Shown piece by piece: positions 48,451-64,000 of a DNA stretch of 64,000 nt. Source of the stretch: the human T2T-CHM13v2.0 reference genome, Homo sapiens; the NCBI RefSeq assembly GCF_009914755.1, contig NC_060943.1; one strand, 5' to 3'. The translations under genes and the position numbers were made by a program. The notes under the pieces were generated by a model, which had not been told where the DNA came from, did no database searches, and saw nothing but the letters and a program-made list of their open reading frames with translations. Position 1 is the first letter of the stretch. Every line of letters begins with the position of its first letter.

Positions 48451-50037
48451 CCTGGGGGTCTGAAGGGAAACCGAGGGGCTCTTGACTGTGGTGGGCCGTG
48501 GGGCAACTGGGGATGCCAAAGGGCCTGGGCAGCAGAGAGGGCCTGAGCAGGGGCCATGCCATGGCCAGTCTGAGGGTGGTGAGGTGTCTTGGGGGCTCTG
48601 AGGAAGGGGCTAAGGCCCAAGGCATCCTGGGAGGTGCTGAAGGGCCCCAAGGTGGCTAAAGGTGGTCCTGAGAGCGTGCTGAGGGGCCCTGCAAGGAGTA
48701 GAGACTGTGGGAGGCTCTGGGTGGGGGACTTAGGTGAATCTGGGAGTCTGAGATGGGGAGGCTGAGGGGGCCTGGGGTGGGTCTAGGGAACCTGAGGGGG
48801 GTGAGAGAACTCCAGGGGGTTTATAAAGAACATACAGAGGGTTCTTCTTTGGGGCTCCTCCCTTCCATCCCCATGGGGTCCAAATCCACATCCCCAACAG
48901 GCTAAAGGACTTACAGAAAGGTCTTGCCCTCAGACAAGGGGACAGAATTCACCCCTTTGGTCAGAGGGAGGCCCCCTTTCCCCATGGCCCAGTCCTGACA
49001 TGGATTGCTTGAACGTCCAGGTTTGCATGACAATTAGTTATCATCAATAACTAATGATATGTGTGTGCATGCATTGTATTGGATTGTCAGAGGGAAAGAA
49101 CACCTGCCTTAGGAGTGTGATCTCCTGCTCTTTTCCTATTGGGCAAAGCCAGACCCTCCCACCCCAGCTCCTCCTCTAGCCCAGCACCCAGGTCAGGCCA
49201 AGGAGGAAATTCAGGCTTTTTCTTGCTGGTGAGCTTCCAGGAGCCAGTAATTTCAGGCAACATGATAAATGATGAAGTTGTTTGATACTTACGTGCTGTG
49301 GAGTTTTGGACCTGTGGGCTGATTGTTGGAGGGAATGGCCTGATGGCCTGGCTGTGTGATTTGGTACTGAATGGAACACGCATGGGATGGGTGGGGAAGG
49401 GAGGAGGGATGGCTGGGCCAGGGCACAGAGGAGGCAAAGGCCCTGCCTGTTCCTGAGGATGCTGAGTGGCACCTTGAGACTTAGGTCTGTGGGCATTGAA
49501 TCTGGTCTGCCAGAGGGGCCATGGGGAACCCAGGAGGTGTGTGTCCAGAGGGGTGACCAGCCTCCTGGGGTAGGTGTGGGGCAAGATTGTCCTGCAGTAG
49601 GGAGCCAGGAAATGTCAGAGGATTTTCAGAGATATTCAGGGAGTGGCCAGGGCTTGAAAATTGGGTATGAGTTGGCAAGTAAGGGACAGGGAAGAGGGAC
49701 AGTGAACCCCAGGTCCCTGCCTTGGGCACTGGAGTGGGATAACCTGGGGCTAGGGCTTTTTTTATTTTTATTTTTTTGAAACCCCGTCTCGCTCTGTCAC
49801 CCAGGTATCTAGGCTGGAGTGCAGTGACGCCACCAAGGCTCACCGCAGCCTCAAACTCCTGGACTCAAGTGATCCTCCCACCTCAGCCTCCTGAGTAGCT
49901 GGGACTACAGGTGTGCACCACCACACTTGGCTAATTTTTAAATTTTTTGTAAAGACCAGGTCTTGCTCTGTTGCCAGGCTGGTCTCAAACTCTTGGGCTC
50001 AAGCAATCTTCTTGCCTCACCCCTCACTAAGTGCTGA

Positions 50038-50322
<285 letters not shown>

Positions 50323-50497
50323 TAAGTAGAGACAGGGTTTCACTGTTGGCCAGGCAGGTCTGGCATTCCTGAGCTCAGGTGATCCACCCGCCTCGGCCTC
50401 CCAAAGTGCTGGGATTACAGGCGTGAACTACTGCACCCAGCCAATTCACTCATTTTAATTTATCATTAAGTTTTTTTTTTTTTTTTTTTTTTTTTGA

Positions 50498-50884
<387 letters not shown>

Positions 50885-51085
50885 TAACCCTGCTCCACCA
50901 ACATACAGCCCCGGGGACATCCTGATCTGCTTTCACTCTCTGTAGCTTTGCCTTTTCTAGAAATTTCGTAAGAATGGAATCAGACATGTGGCCTTTACGT
51001 CTGGTTTCTTTCCTTAACATAATGTTTTTGAAGTTCATCTGTGTTGTTGTATCAGAAATTTGTTCTTTTTCACTGTGGAGTGAAA

Positions 51086-51141
51086 ATAAACAAACTGTGT
51101 CCGTCCATACAATCTCGTATGGACGGACACAGTTTGTTTAT
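51086..51141. repeat. Perfect 25-bp inverted repeat with 6-nt loop
   Basis: ATAAACAAACTGTGTCCGTCCATAC-aatctc-GTATGGACGGACACAGTTTGTTTAT. Confidence 0.95.
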
Positions 51142-52102
51142 CCATTAACTGGTTGATGGACTGTTGGGTTGTTTCCATTTTGACAACTGCAAATAAAGTT
51201 GCTGTGAACATCTGGATATGTGTCTCTGTGTGGACGTATATTTTCATCCTCTTGGGTAAATACTTAAGAGTAGAATGACTAGTTCATATGGTAGATGTGT
51301 TTAAATTTCTTTTTTTTTGAGACAGGGTCTCACTCTGTTGCCCAGGCTGAAGTGCAGTGGTGCAATCACGGCTTACTGTAGCCTCTACCTCCTTGGGCTC
51401 AGGTGATCCTCCCACCTCAGCCTTCCAAGTAGCTGGTAGGTACTACAAGGGCGTATGCCACCACACCCAGCTATTTTTTCTGTGCTTTTGTTGAGACAAA
51501 GTCTTGCCATGTTGCCCAGGCTGGTCTTGAATTCCAGGGCTCAAGCAATCTTCCCACCTCGGCCTCCCAAAGTGCTGGGATTACAGGTGTGAGCCACTAC
51601 GCCTGGCTATGTTTTAATTTTTTTTTTTTTTTTTTGAGATGGAGTCTCTCTCTGTTGCCCAGCAGTTGTTCACTGCAACCTCTGTCTCCTGGGTTCAAGT
51701 GATTCTCCTGCTTCAGCCTCCTGAGTAGCTGGGATTGTAAGGATGCGCCACCACACTCAGCTAATTTTTGTATTTTTAGTAGAGACGGGGTTTTGCCATG
51801 TTGGCCAGACTGGTCTTGAACTCCTGACCTCAGGGGATCCGCCTGCTTCGGCCTCCCAAAGTGCTGGGATTACAGGTGTGAGCCACTGAGACTGGCCATG
51901 TTTTAATTTTTAGGAAACTGCCAAGCTTGTTCCCAAAGTGGCTGTACCATTTTGCATCCCCACCAGCAATGTTCAAGAGTTCCAGCTCCTCCTCATCCTC
52001 ACTAACACCTGGTATGGCCAGTCCTTAGTTTTAGCCATTCTTATAGGTGTGTGCTGGTGTCTTCATTTGGTGTTTTTATTTATTTATTTATTTGTGAGAT
52101 GA

Positions 52103-52585
<483 letters not shown>

Positions 52586-52588
52586 TAG

Positions 52589-53396
<808 letters not shown>

Positions 53397-53442
<46 letters not shown>
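53397..53442. repeat. (GT)n microsatellite, ~23 units
   Basis: direct reading. Confidence 0.92.
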
Positions 53443-53445
<3 letters not shown>

Positions 53446-53822
53446 AGATGGAGTTTCGCTTTTGTTGCCCAGGCTGGAGTGCAGTGGCATGGTCACTGCA
53501 ACCTCCACCTCCCGGGCTCAAGCAACTGATTCTCTTACCTCAGCCTCCCGAGTAGCTGGGATTACGGGCGCCTGCCACCAAGCCCGGCTAATTTTGTATT
53601 TTTAGTAGAGGTGGGGTTTCTCCATGTTGGCCAGGCTGGTCTGGAACTCCTGACCTCAGGTGATCTGCCTGCCTGGGCCTCCCAAAGTGCTGGGATTACA
53701 GGCGTGAGCCACTGCGCCCGGCTTGTGGTTTTTTGTTTGTTTGTTTGGTTTGGTTTGAGGAAGAGTCTCACTCTGTCGCCCATGCTGGCATGCAGTGTCG
53801 TAGCTACCTGCAGCCTTCTTGA

Positions 53823-54113
<291 letters not shown>

Positions 54114-54315
54114 TGATCTCCTGACCTCGTGATCCACCTGCCTTGGCCTTCCAAAGTGTTGGGATTACAGGCGTGAGCCACTGTGCCTAGCCCACACCTG
54201 ACTAATTTTTAAAAATTGTTTTGGGCCGGGCGCGGTGGCTCATGCCTGTAATCCTAGGACTTTGGGAGGCCGAGGTGGGCAGATCACTTGAGGTCAGGAG
54301 TTTGAGACCAGCCTA

Positions 54316-54501
<186 letters not shown>

Positions 54502-54706
54502 TTAAAAAATATATATATTATTTTATAGAGATGGGGTCTTATTATTATTTTTTTTTGAGATAGAGTTTTGCTCTTGTTGTCCAGGCTATAGTGCAATGGC
54601 ATGATCTCGGTTCACCAAAACATCCGCCTCCTGGGTTCAAGCGATTCTCCTGCCTCAGCCTCCCGAGTAGCTGAGATTACAGACATGTGCCACCATGCCT
54701 GGCTAA

Positions 54707-54991
<285 letters not shown>

Positions 54992-56592
54992 TAACACAAA
55001 ATTCACCCACTTTAAGTGAACAATTCAGTGGCATTTAGTACATTCACAGAATTGTGCAACCATCACTGCTGTCCAGTTCCAAAACATCTTTGTCCCCGCA
55101 AAAGGTGACCCCATCTTCATTAGCACTAACCCCCTATTCTCCATTGCCCAGCCCCTGACAATCACCAATCTGCAGTCTGTCTCTATCCGTTTTCAAGTTT
55201 TATAGGTAGAATCATGCACTATGTGGCCTTTTGAGTCTGGCTTCTTTCACTCAGCATGATGCTTTGGGGGTCATGCATGTTGTAGCCTAAATCAGCACTT
55301 CATTCCTTTTTATGGCTGAGTAATATTCCACTGTGTGGATGCACCACATCATCCATTCATCTGTTGATGGACACTTAGATTGGTTCCACCTTTTGGCTAT
55401 TATGAATCATGCTGCTATGAACATGAGTGTACACATTTTTGTCTAAACACTCATGTTCAGTCCTTTGGGGTACACATCTAGGAGCAGAATTGCTGGGGCG
55501 CATGCTTGTTGTATATTCTTGATCATGCTGGTCACCACCTAACGTTATTTGTTGTGTTTCTCTGGTGCCTTGAGGTTGGAAAGCCTGTCTCTCTTGTGCC
55601 CTCTTGTGTGCCTGGAACATGAATGACACAGAAGGAGGAAGTGTCCCAGAGACGTGGCTGAGAGGGAGGAAGGGAGGGATGGGGGTGTGCAAAAGCTTAT
55701 TGCTCTCTGAGGCTTGCAGTCTGGCAGGTAGGAATTCCCTTCTATGGGATCAGGTCGATCTTTTGCCTTTCCAGTGAGGCTTGTGGGGCTGCTGGGGGGC
55801 AGTGGGGGCTGGCCTTAGTCTCTAGCTGCCTTTCTAGCCTGCCAGGCAACGCCCGCATCTGCCTTTTTGTCCCACGAAGGTTTTGTCTTTTGGCCAGGGG
55901 CGGGGGCAGTTCCTGTCTTCCCCCTGGCCCTTCCAGCGGTACCACAACTCAAGAAACTGTCCCCAGGAGGGACTGCGCTCCCCCACCCCCGACCGCCCCC
56001 AACGTTATATAACTTGTTTGTTCCAACTTCTGTCTTCTGCAACCGAGGGGGAAAAAAGAAAGAGAAAAGCTTATTCTCCTTCCTTCCTATCTCGAGGGAT
56101 CAACAAAAAACCCGTTGCCTAGTAGAGGTGGTCATTAATGACTGAGCCGAACCTCAGGGATGGACAGAGTGGGGCTGCCCTGGCTGGGGTGTGCGGAGAG
56201 GAGGTGGGGTCCTTGCTGCAAGCACAAAGGACACTTGTTCACCAGCTGGCCTCCTCCCAGCTCGGGCCGCGGGGTCTAGACTCCTTGGAGGGAAAGGAGG
56301 CTTGGGCCACTTGGGGTGTCGCAAGGGGAGGCAAACCCTCTGGGGAGTCGCACCTCCCCAGCTAAAATTCTGTCACTGTGAGGTACCTGACCGGCAGAGT
56401 TTTGGAGGAACCTTCTGGCCTTGCAGCCTCTCCGACATGGGCCTTTGGCATCCACGCTTTTTGGCCCACGCTCCCTGGAGACGCCTGGGTAGGGCCCAGG
56501 CTCACTGAGTCATGCTGTTCCTGGGGGTGAGGTGGGGGGATCTGGGTGAGGGATGTGCCAGCTTCAGGCATTTGCATAAGAAGTGGTGGCTA

Positions 56593-57570
<978 letters not shown>

Positions 57571-58587
57571 TGAGGTGTCTCATCATACCCATGGGTGACT
57601 GTGGCTCCCTCTTTATGGGTTGTGGCTGTGACAGATTCCTCATCTGGGAAATGGGGCTCCAGGCCCACCAGGTGGGGGGTGTCTGGGAGGAAACGAGTGG
57701 GGAGAGGTCACATGTACCTCATCAGTGTTACTGTGGCAGTGCTGACGCCCATGATGGGGACACTGCCATCCTTCTGCCCGCCATGCCCGCATGGGCCTTG
57801 AGGGGATCGTCAATGCCAGCAAGCCTTGATGTGGCGTGCGTGTGTCAGGCAGGGAAAGGAGAGGGTGAACTTGAGCCATTGGGAAGACAGTAGTGCCATG
57901 ACTTGGGCCGTAAGAGGGACAGCAGCAGGGGCAGCGAGAGAGTAGAGCACGTCCAGCGTGAGCTGGAGAGGGCAGGTTCCGCCAGGAGTAGGCCTGGGAG
58001 CAGGAGCTCGGCAGGGCGGGGGCAGGGGCGGCGGGGGGTGGCGCGTCTCAGCAGGGATGGGGGCAGGTGGAACTGGGCCAGCCCAAGAAGGGCACTGGCC
58101 CACAGGCCGAGCCACATCCAGGCCACTCGATCTGCCCCTCACAGCTGAGCCCCTTCTCTGGGAAGGAGGCCACCCTCTCCTCCCCTCCTTGTCGGCAGGT
58201 CCCAAGAGCTCTGGGAGTGGAATTGCTCTGAAAGCACTCACTTCAACCTGAATCGTGCAGTGCGATCGTCACAGCTGGACTGTTTCCACCTGGTAGCTGT
58301 GACCCCCGGGACGGCCTCCTTGTCGTTGTCCGTAGTTACCGGGGAAGAAAGGCTTTATTACCCTCCGCCATAATCGCACCATCTCCAGGGAGCCCCTGCG
58401 AATGTCATCCCACCTCCCCCACGGCGATTACTTTTTATCTCACCCACCTCTCCTCAGACACTGTAAAAGGGAGGCTTTCTCCTCACTCCAGCCCTTTGGT
58501 TTTTTCCTTTTTCTGATATTTGTGTGTGTGTGTGTGTCTTACCCTTTGGTTTTAGGGAATGTTTTAGATTTGGTGTTAAGAGGCCCT

Positions 58588-58775
58588 GGAGGAGGAAGAG
58601 AGGAGGAGGAGGAAGAGTGGAGGAAGAGGAGGAGGAGATGAGAGGGAGGAGGAGGAAGAGGAGGAGGAGAAAAAGAGGAGGAAGAGGAGGAGGAAGAGAG
58701 GAGGAGGAGGAAAGAGAGAGGAGGAGAAAAAGAACAGGAGAATGGGGAGGGAGAGAGGAGGATGAGGGGGAAGGA
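58588..58775 (+). repeat. (GAG/GGA)n polypurine tract
   Basis: ~190 nt almost purely G/A. Confidence 0.9.
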
Positions 58776-58837
58776 CACAGATAGAAATAATTCAGCGACT
58801 TGGGGCCTTGGATCCTGGAAGAAGGGGGTGGGATCTA

Positions 58838-59422
<585 letters not shown>

Positions 59423-60599
59423 AGGATCCCTCTGGCAAGAGACAAGGGACCCTCGGCCAAGGTGGGCCCTGGAGGGATGGAGAGGCACACGCAGGCTTGG
59501 GGATGCCTGGAGGTTGAGCTTGTGCTGACCGATAGTGGTGGCCAGTTTCTGCCCTCCCCACCGGGCAGGCTGAAGGTCAGGGTTGTCCTTGGTCCCGCGC
59601 GGCTGCACTGCCTGCAACAAGCAGCAGACTTGGAGGCGCCACCTGGCCTAGGGGATTCGCAGCCCTTCCTGTGTTCCAGAAAAGCCCTTCATGCCTCTCC
59701 TTGCTCAGGGTTCGTGCCACTTGGAGCTCCCACAGTCCTTGAGGGCTTCAGGTCTTCCCACCAGCAGGTCCCAGTCCTGGGAATGTCCCTCCTCCTGAGA
59801 GAAGGCCTCAGTCTGGCTGCAGCTGCCCAGGAGGTCCTCAGGTAGCATCTCTTGTGGGTTCCACCTTCGAGCCACAGCCTGGAGCCAGCTCCTCCTGCTC
59901 TCTCCTCCCCATCCCAGCTCAGAGCCACTCCTGGCTCTTCCCCTTCTGGGCATCATCCCCATCTCCAGCCAGCGGGACCCTCCTAAGGCAGGAATCAGAC
60001 CACCTCACTCCCCTGCCGGCCACCTGCCAGTGGCTCCCTCACTCTCAGAACAAAATCTACTTCTTGATGTGACCCGCTGGGCCCCTGAGCTTCCGCAGCT
60101 CTGACGGCTCTGCTGGGCTCTGAAGCACGCTCACTGGAATGTCCTGTCCCAGTGATTTGCACGGCTCAAGTGTTGTCTCCTCGGGGCCTGGCCACTGTGT
60201 CCACCGTGGCGCCACTGCTCGCCCTGTCGTCATGGTACATTCTCTGCTTGAGGACCCATGTCCCTGTAGAATGTACGTTCCCCAAGGGCAGGGCTTTATC
60301 AGATCTTTTTACAGTGGTGGTCCTGGCGCTGGCACAGCTACTGGCACGGGATGGATGCTTTTGAGTGTAGATCCAGTGAGTACCCCACCCCGAACAGTCT
60401 TCGATGCATACCAGAGGGGAAGCCTCCTGGCATAGCTCTGCATGCCCAGGCTGGCCGAGGGTCATCCGCCTCTTCCTCTTCACTTCATTGAACCAGCAGG
60501 GTGTGGGCGGAGAAGCAGAAATTCACAGGCATGTTGTCAGTAAACCAGCCCTGTTACCTGTTACAGAGCCCAGGGCACCATACCGTTTTGCGTGTGCTG

Positions 60600-62150
60600 T
60601 CTTTAGTGAGTGAGCAAAACCTCAGCCCTGCATGTTAAAGCAAAGGCGGCAAACGACAGCCGCTCTCTCCCTGTCCAGCTGTCTGAAGTGGAAGTGGGGG
60701 CCAAGCCCGCTGGGTTCCCGCTGCCGGCAGCCCCGCCCTCCTCCTCTGGTAGCCGCTCTGCAGCTGTGCGGACCAGCTCTCTTAACACTTGTTAACCCCA
60801 GCCTCCAGTCCCTTCCTGCCCCCCACCCCGCCCCTTCCACATGTCTCTCCGGAGAGGGCCGCACAGAATTCACAGGACTCGTCTCCAACGGCTGCGCCAG
60901 CAATTCCCTAGCATTCCTCCTCTGCAGAGTGGATTTTGGTGCATGTCCAGCGTGATTTCAGACCCCTCACTGCGCAGCGGAGTGCCTGATCGCTCTGTGT
61001 GCACCACCACGGTGCACACTGAAAATATTGTGATCTGGGAGGAAGTAACCAGCACCTTGGGGGAATCACAGACCTTTCCTGCGAGGGCAAGGGCTTCCGG
61101 AATTGAACAGGCTGGGCCTGGAGGAGATCTTGAGGGGTGGACCTTCAGGCTTGTAAAGGCCTGGAGGGGGGTCACCCGAGGATCGAGGCCGAAGATGTTT
61201 ACTGACGCCACAACTGTGAAATTCCACAGGGGTCAAAGACGGACCCGGGCGGGAGCGGTCTGGGCTGGATATCCGGAGAGTTCTGCTCTCCACGGGATGT
61301 TAGAATTTGAGGCAGTCTGCCTAAGGAGGCAGAGCAGAGAGGCATGTGATCACCCAGATCGTCTGAGAGCGGGACATTTTCCCGGAGCGGGGTGGAAGGA
61401 GTGTCAAGGTGACTGTGAGATGACAGACACGTAGGGGAGCCCCACAGAGGACCCCCAAGACACTCTTTCTGTTGCCATCAGCCTGAGTCATCCTCTATCT
61501 GAAAAACTTCCAGGACTGAAGTTCGAGTTGGAAGCACGCGTTCTCCTTGGTGAAGTCCGTCCTGTCCCAGGAGGGCTGCGCTAGGTCTCTCCTCTGGCTC
61601 CCCCTCCTCGGGTCCTCGTGGCTCTCTGTCGTGTGAAGCGGGGGGTCAGGAGCGCACAAATGTTTATACTCCACGTGAGTCACTTGCACAGATGACGGGT
61701 GATGTTTTCCTCGCCAAGGCTGATGGCACCGGGCCCCTTTGCCGTTCCAGCCTCAGTCACGCCTCCAGTCTGTTAGCATTTAGAGTTGCTGAACTTTCGC
61801 ATTGGTCAGGGGCGCGGGCAGCTTGCTGACCTTTTCTGGGAGTCGTGGCGGACGGAGTGGAGCCGTCTGTCTCGTCACAGACAGGCGGGGCTGCGGCTGG
61901 GGATGGCCGCCGCCCACTCGCCCTCAGAATGGCCCTCAGCGGGGCTTCCTGACCCCTCAGCCCCGGTAGGAAGCTGGTGTGCACTGCAGGGAGAGGCGGC
62001 AGCTGGAAAAGTGTTAAGGCCACAGTGGTTTTTCCAGAGGCTCGTCTGGAATGCCGTGGCTGGATCTGAGCCTCCTGACATCCGAGGCCCCTCTTGGTGG
62101 GGAGAGCCAGAAACCCAAGATACTGCCGTCAGTTAAAGACTCGAAGTTCA
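60600..62150 (+). mobile_element. Candidate decayed hAT/Charlie-family transposase relic
   Basis: ordered degenerate motifs in broken + frames (see findings); visual recognition only. Confidence 0.42.
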
Positions 62151-62169
62151 CATTTTAAAAAGTGCAAGG

Positions 62170-62600
62170 AGACACCCGGTTTTAGGTACGTTGGGGTGCA
62201 AGGTCTGAAGGCTGGAATCTGTGGCTCCCTTCTTTCAGCTCTGCCATCCCTCTTGTCTGGGTGCTGCCCACCTGGTAGAAAGGGGACCTCACCTTGCCAC
62301 TCCACTAGCCTGCCAACACCACCAGGAAGGCGACCCTTCATCCTGGTGGCTCCAGTAAAAATCCCAGGGAAGGCTCTGATTGGATCAGAAGGGCCAAGTC
62401 CCCATCCCAGGATGAATCCCTATGGCCAGGGGCCCTGGAGCCTCTGTCCAGTCTGTGTCACATCCATATTTTCAGCCCAGCAATGGGATCTGCCTGATCT
62501 CCACCACTGGGGCTGAGCATAGAGAAGAGGAGGTTCCAGAGGAGAACAGGGGGCCCTTATGAGAAGAGGGGAGGGATGGTAAACACCCCAAAAATGAAGA
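62170..62600. mobile_element. MLT1-type LTR remnant
   Basis: cccagggaaggctctgattgg...ccccatccc motif. Confidence 0.4.
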
Positions 62601-63368
62601 TATTCATGACAGACCCCCTCTGATGCTGAAATTTGTGTTGTCTTTGGAAGGTGCTGGGCTAAGCTGTGGAGTGCCTGCATCTGGCCTGGCTCTGCTGGGG
62701 ATGAGCAGTGCCATGTGGCAGCCCCGTCCCTTCTGGGGCTTCAACACCTGTCCTGCCAGTGGAGGCAGTGGGGTGGGCTGCCTTGCAGCACGTTACCACC
62801 CCGACATGCTAGAATTCAGCAGTGCTAGAATTTCACTGGGTTTCCAAGCGGTGCTCTGGAGCTGTGCAGTCATGTACCTACTTGCCTGAACTGTGGAGTG
62901 AAGGGATTTGCTCATTCAAGTGGTCCCTGCTGCCGGCCCAATGCAGTGGGACCAAGTCGGGGGATGGGCTGTGGCAGAAGCAGTCTCACCTCAGTGGGAG
63001 GGAATGGGAAAGGGAAGCCTCAGGCCGAGACCTGCCCACTCGTCAGCCCTGGATGGGGACCCAGCTGGGCCATGAGGGTGAGGAAAGCCATGGCAGAGAA
63101 GGCTCTGGGGTGGAGACAGCAGAGGTGCTGAGCGCAGAAATGCTGGTGGGCTCAGGAGTGTGGTGGAGGGAGAAGGGTCTGAGGGCAAGAGGGTTGGCCA
63201 CTCAGCACAGAGCACAACATGAGCAAAGGTCCAGAGACAGGATGTGCAGGAGAGTCCCACTGAGGGCTTCGCGGTGGATCCTGAAGGATCACATACACTA
63301 GGACTCGGGCCAGGAGGTCTCGTGGGGAGGAACAAGCAGTGAGCTAAGATAAGAGTTGGGCTCCAGCA

Positions 63369-63727
<359 letters not shown>

Positions 63728-63949
63728 TCACTCACCCTCAAACCCCACCTCCCTGGCCAGCAGCAAGCTCTCTGCCTCCACAGCACCCCTCCCATCCTGG
63801 CTTGTACCTGGACCACAGTGTTGGGGCGTCCCCATCAGAACAGCCCCCACGAACCAAGGGAGCACCCACTTTGTATAAGGCCATCAACTGGGGTGGTGCA
63901 GTTCTGGTTCCTGGCTCCGTTGTCGGCAGGCAGCCTAGAAAAGGGGCAC

Positions 63950-64000
63950 GGCTATCATCCCATTTTACAGATGGGGAAGTTGAGGCACAGAGAGGTTCAG
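63950..64000. mobile_element. MIR core (truncated by window end)
   Basis: atccccattttacagatggggaagttgaggcacagagagg. Confidence 0.7.

Noticed and set aside
49181-49196. RE1-like CCAGCACCCAGGTCAG (also GCTGTCCGTGGAGCTTG at 2232-2248)
   Set aside because: Mismatches at core positions; cannot be distinguished from chance without PWM scoring or ChIP data.
60841-61434. 197-aa ORF as an intact novel gene or KLHL26 exon
   Set aside because: No BTB/Kelch features, and neighbouring motif-bearing segments are separated by stops and frameshifts; treated as a decayed relic.

Overview
Human (primate) genomic DNA, GC-rich and Alu-dense, recognisable from its proteins as the chr19p13.11 REX1BD-CRLF1-TMEM59L-KLHL26 interval. 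It holds REX1BD/C19orf60 exons 2-5 (+, 70-3247), the complete 9-exon CRLF1 CDS (-, 17731-4632; 1269 nt, 422 aa), the complete 8-exon TMEM59L CDS (+, 24032-31605; 1029 nt, 342 aa) and KLHL26 exon 1 (+, 48122-48204) with ~16 kb of its first intron. I traced every exon boundary by hand to GT-AG sites with continuous frame. Most ORFs in the track are Alu, CpG-island or repeat artefacts. Main second-look items: (1) a ~1.5-1.8 kb CpG-retaining block in KLHL26 intron 1 whose broken + strand frames carry, in order, motifs resembling a decayed hAT/Charlie transposase, plus AP-1/E-box/forkhead sites; (2) a perfect 25-bp inverted repeat with a 6-nt loop inside an old L1 fragment (possible template-switch hairpin); (3) a long heat-shock-element array and an RFX X-box cluster in an Alu-free island between TMEM59L and KLHL26; (4) a 22-bp minisatellite in frame with TMEM59L exon 5; (5) a dual-frame last exon of CRLF1; (6) an AluYa5 with intact target-site duplication in CRLF1 intron 4. 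None is shown to be a new biological system; each is a testable hypothesis. Repeat boundaries are approximate and family names are from recall, not from a search.
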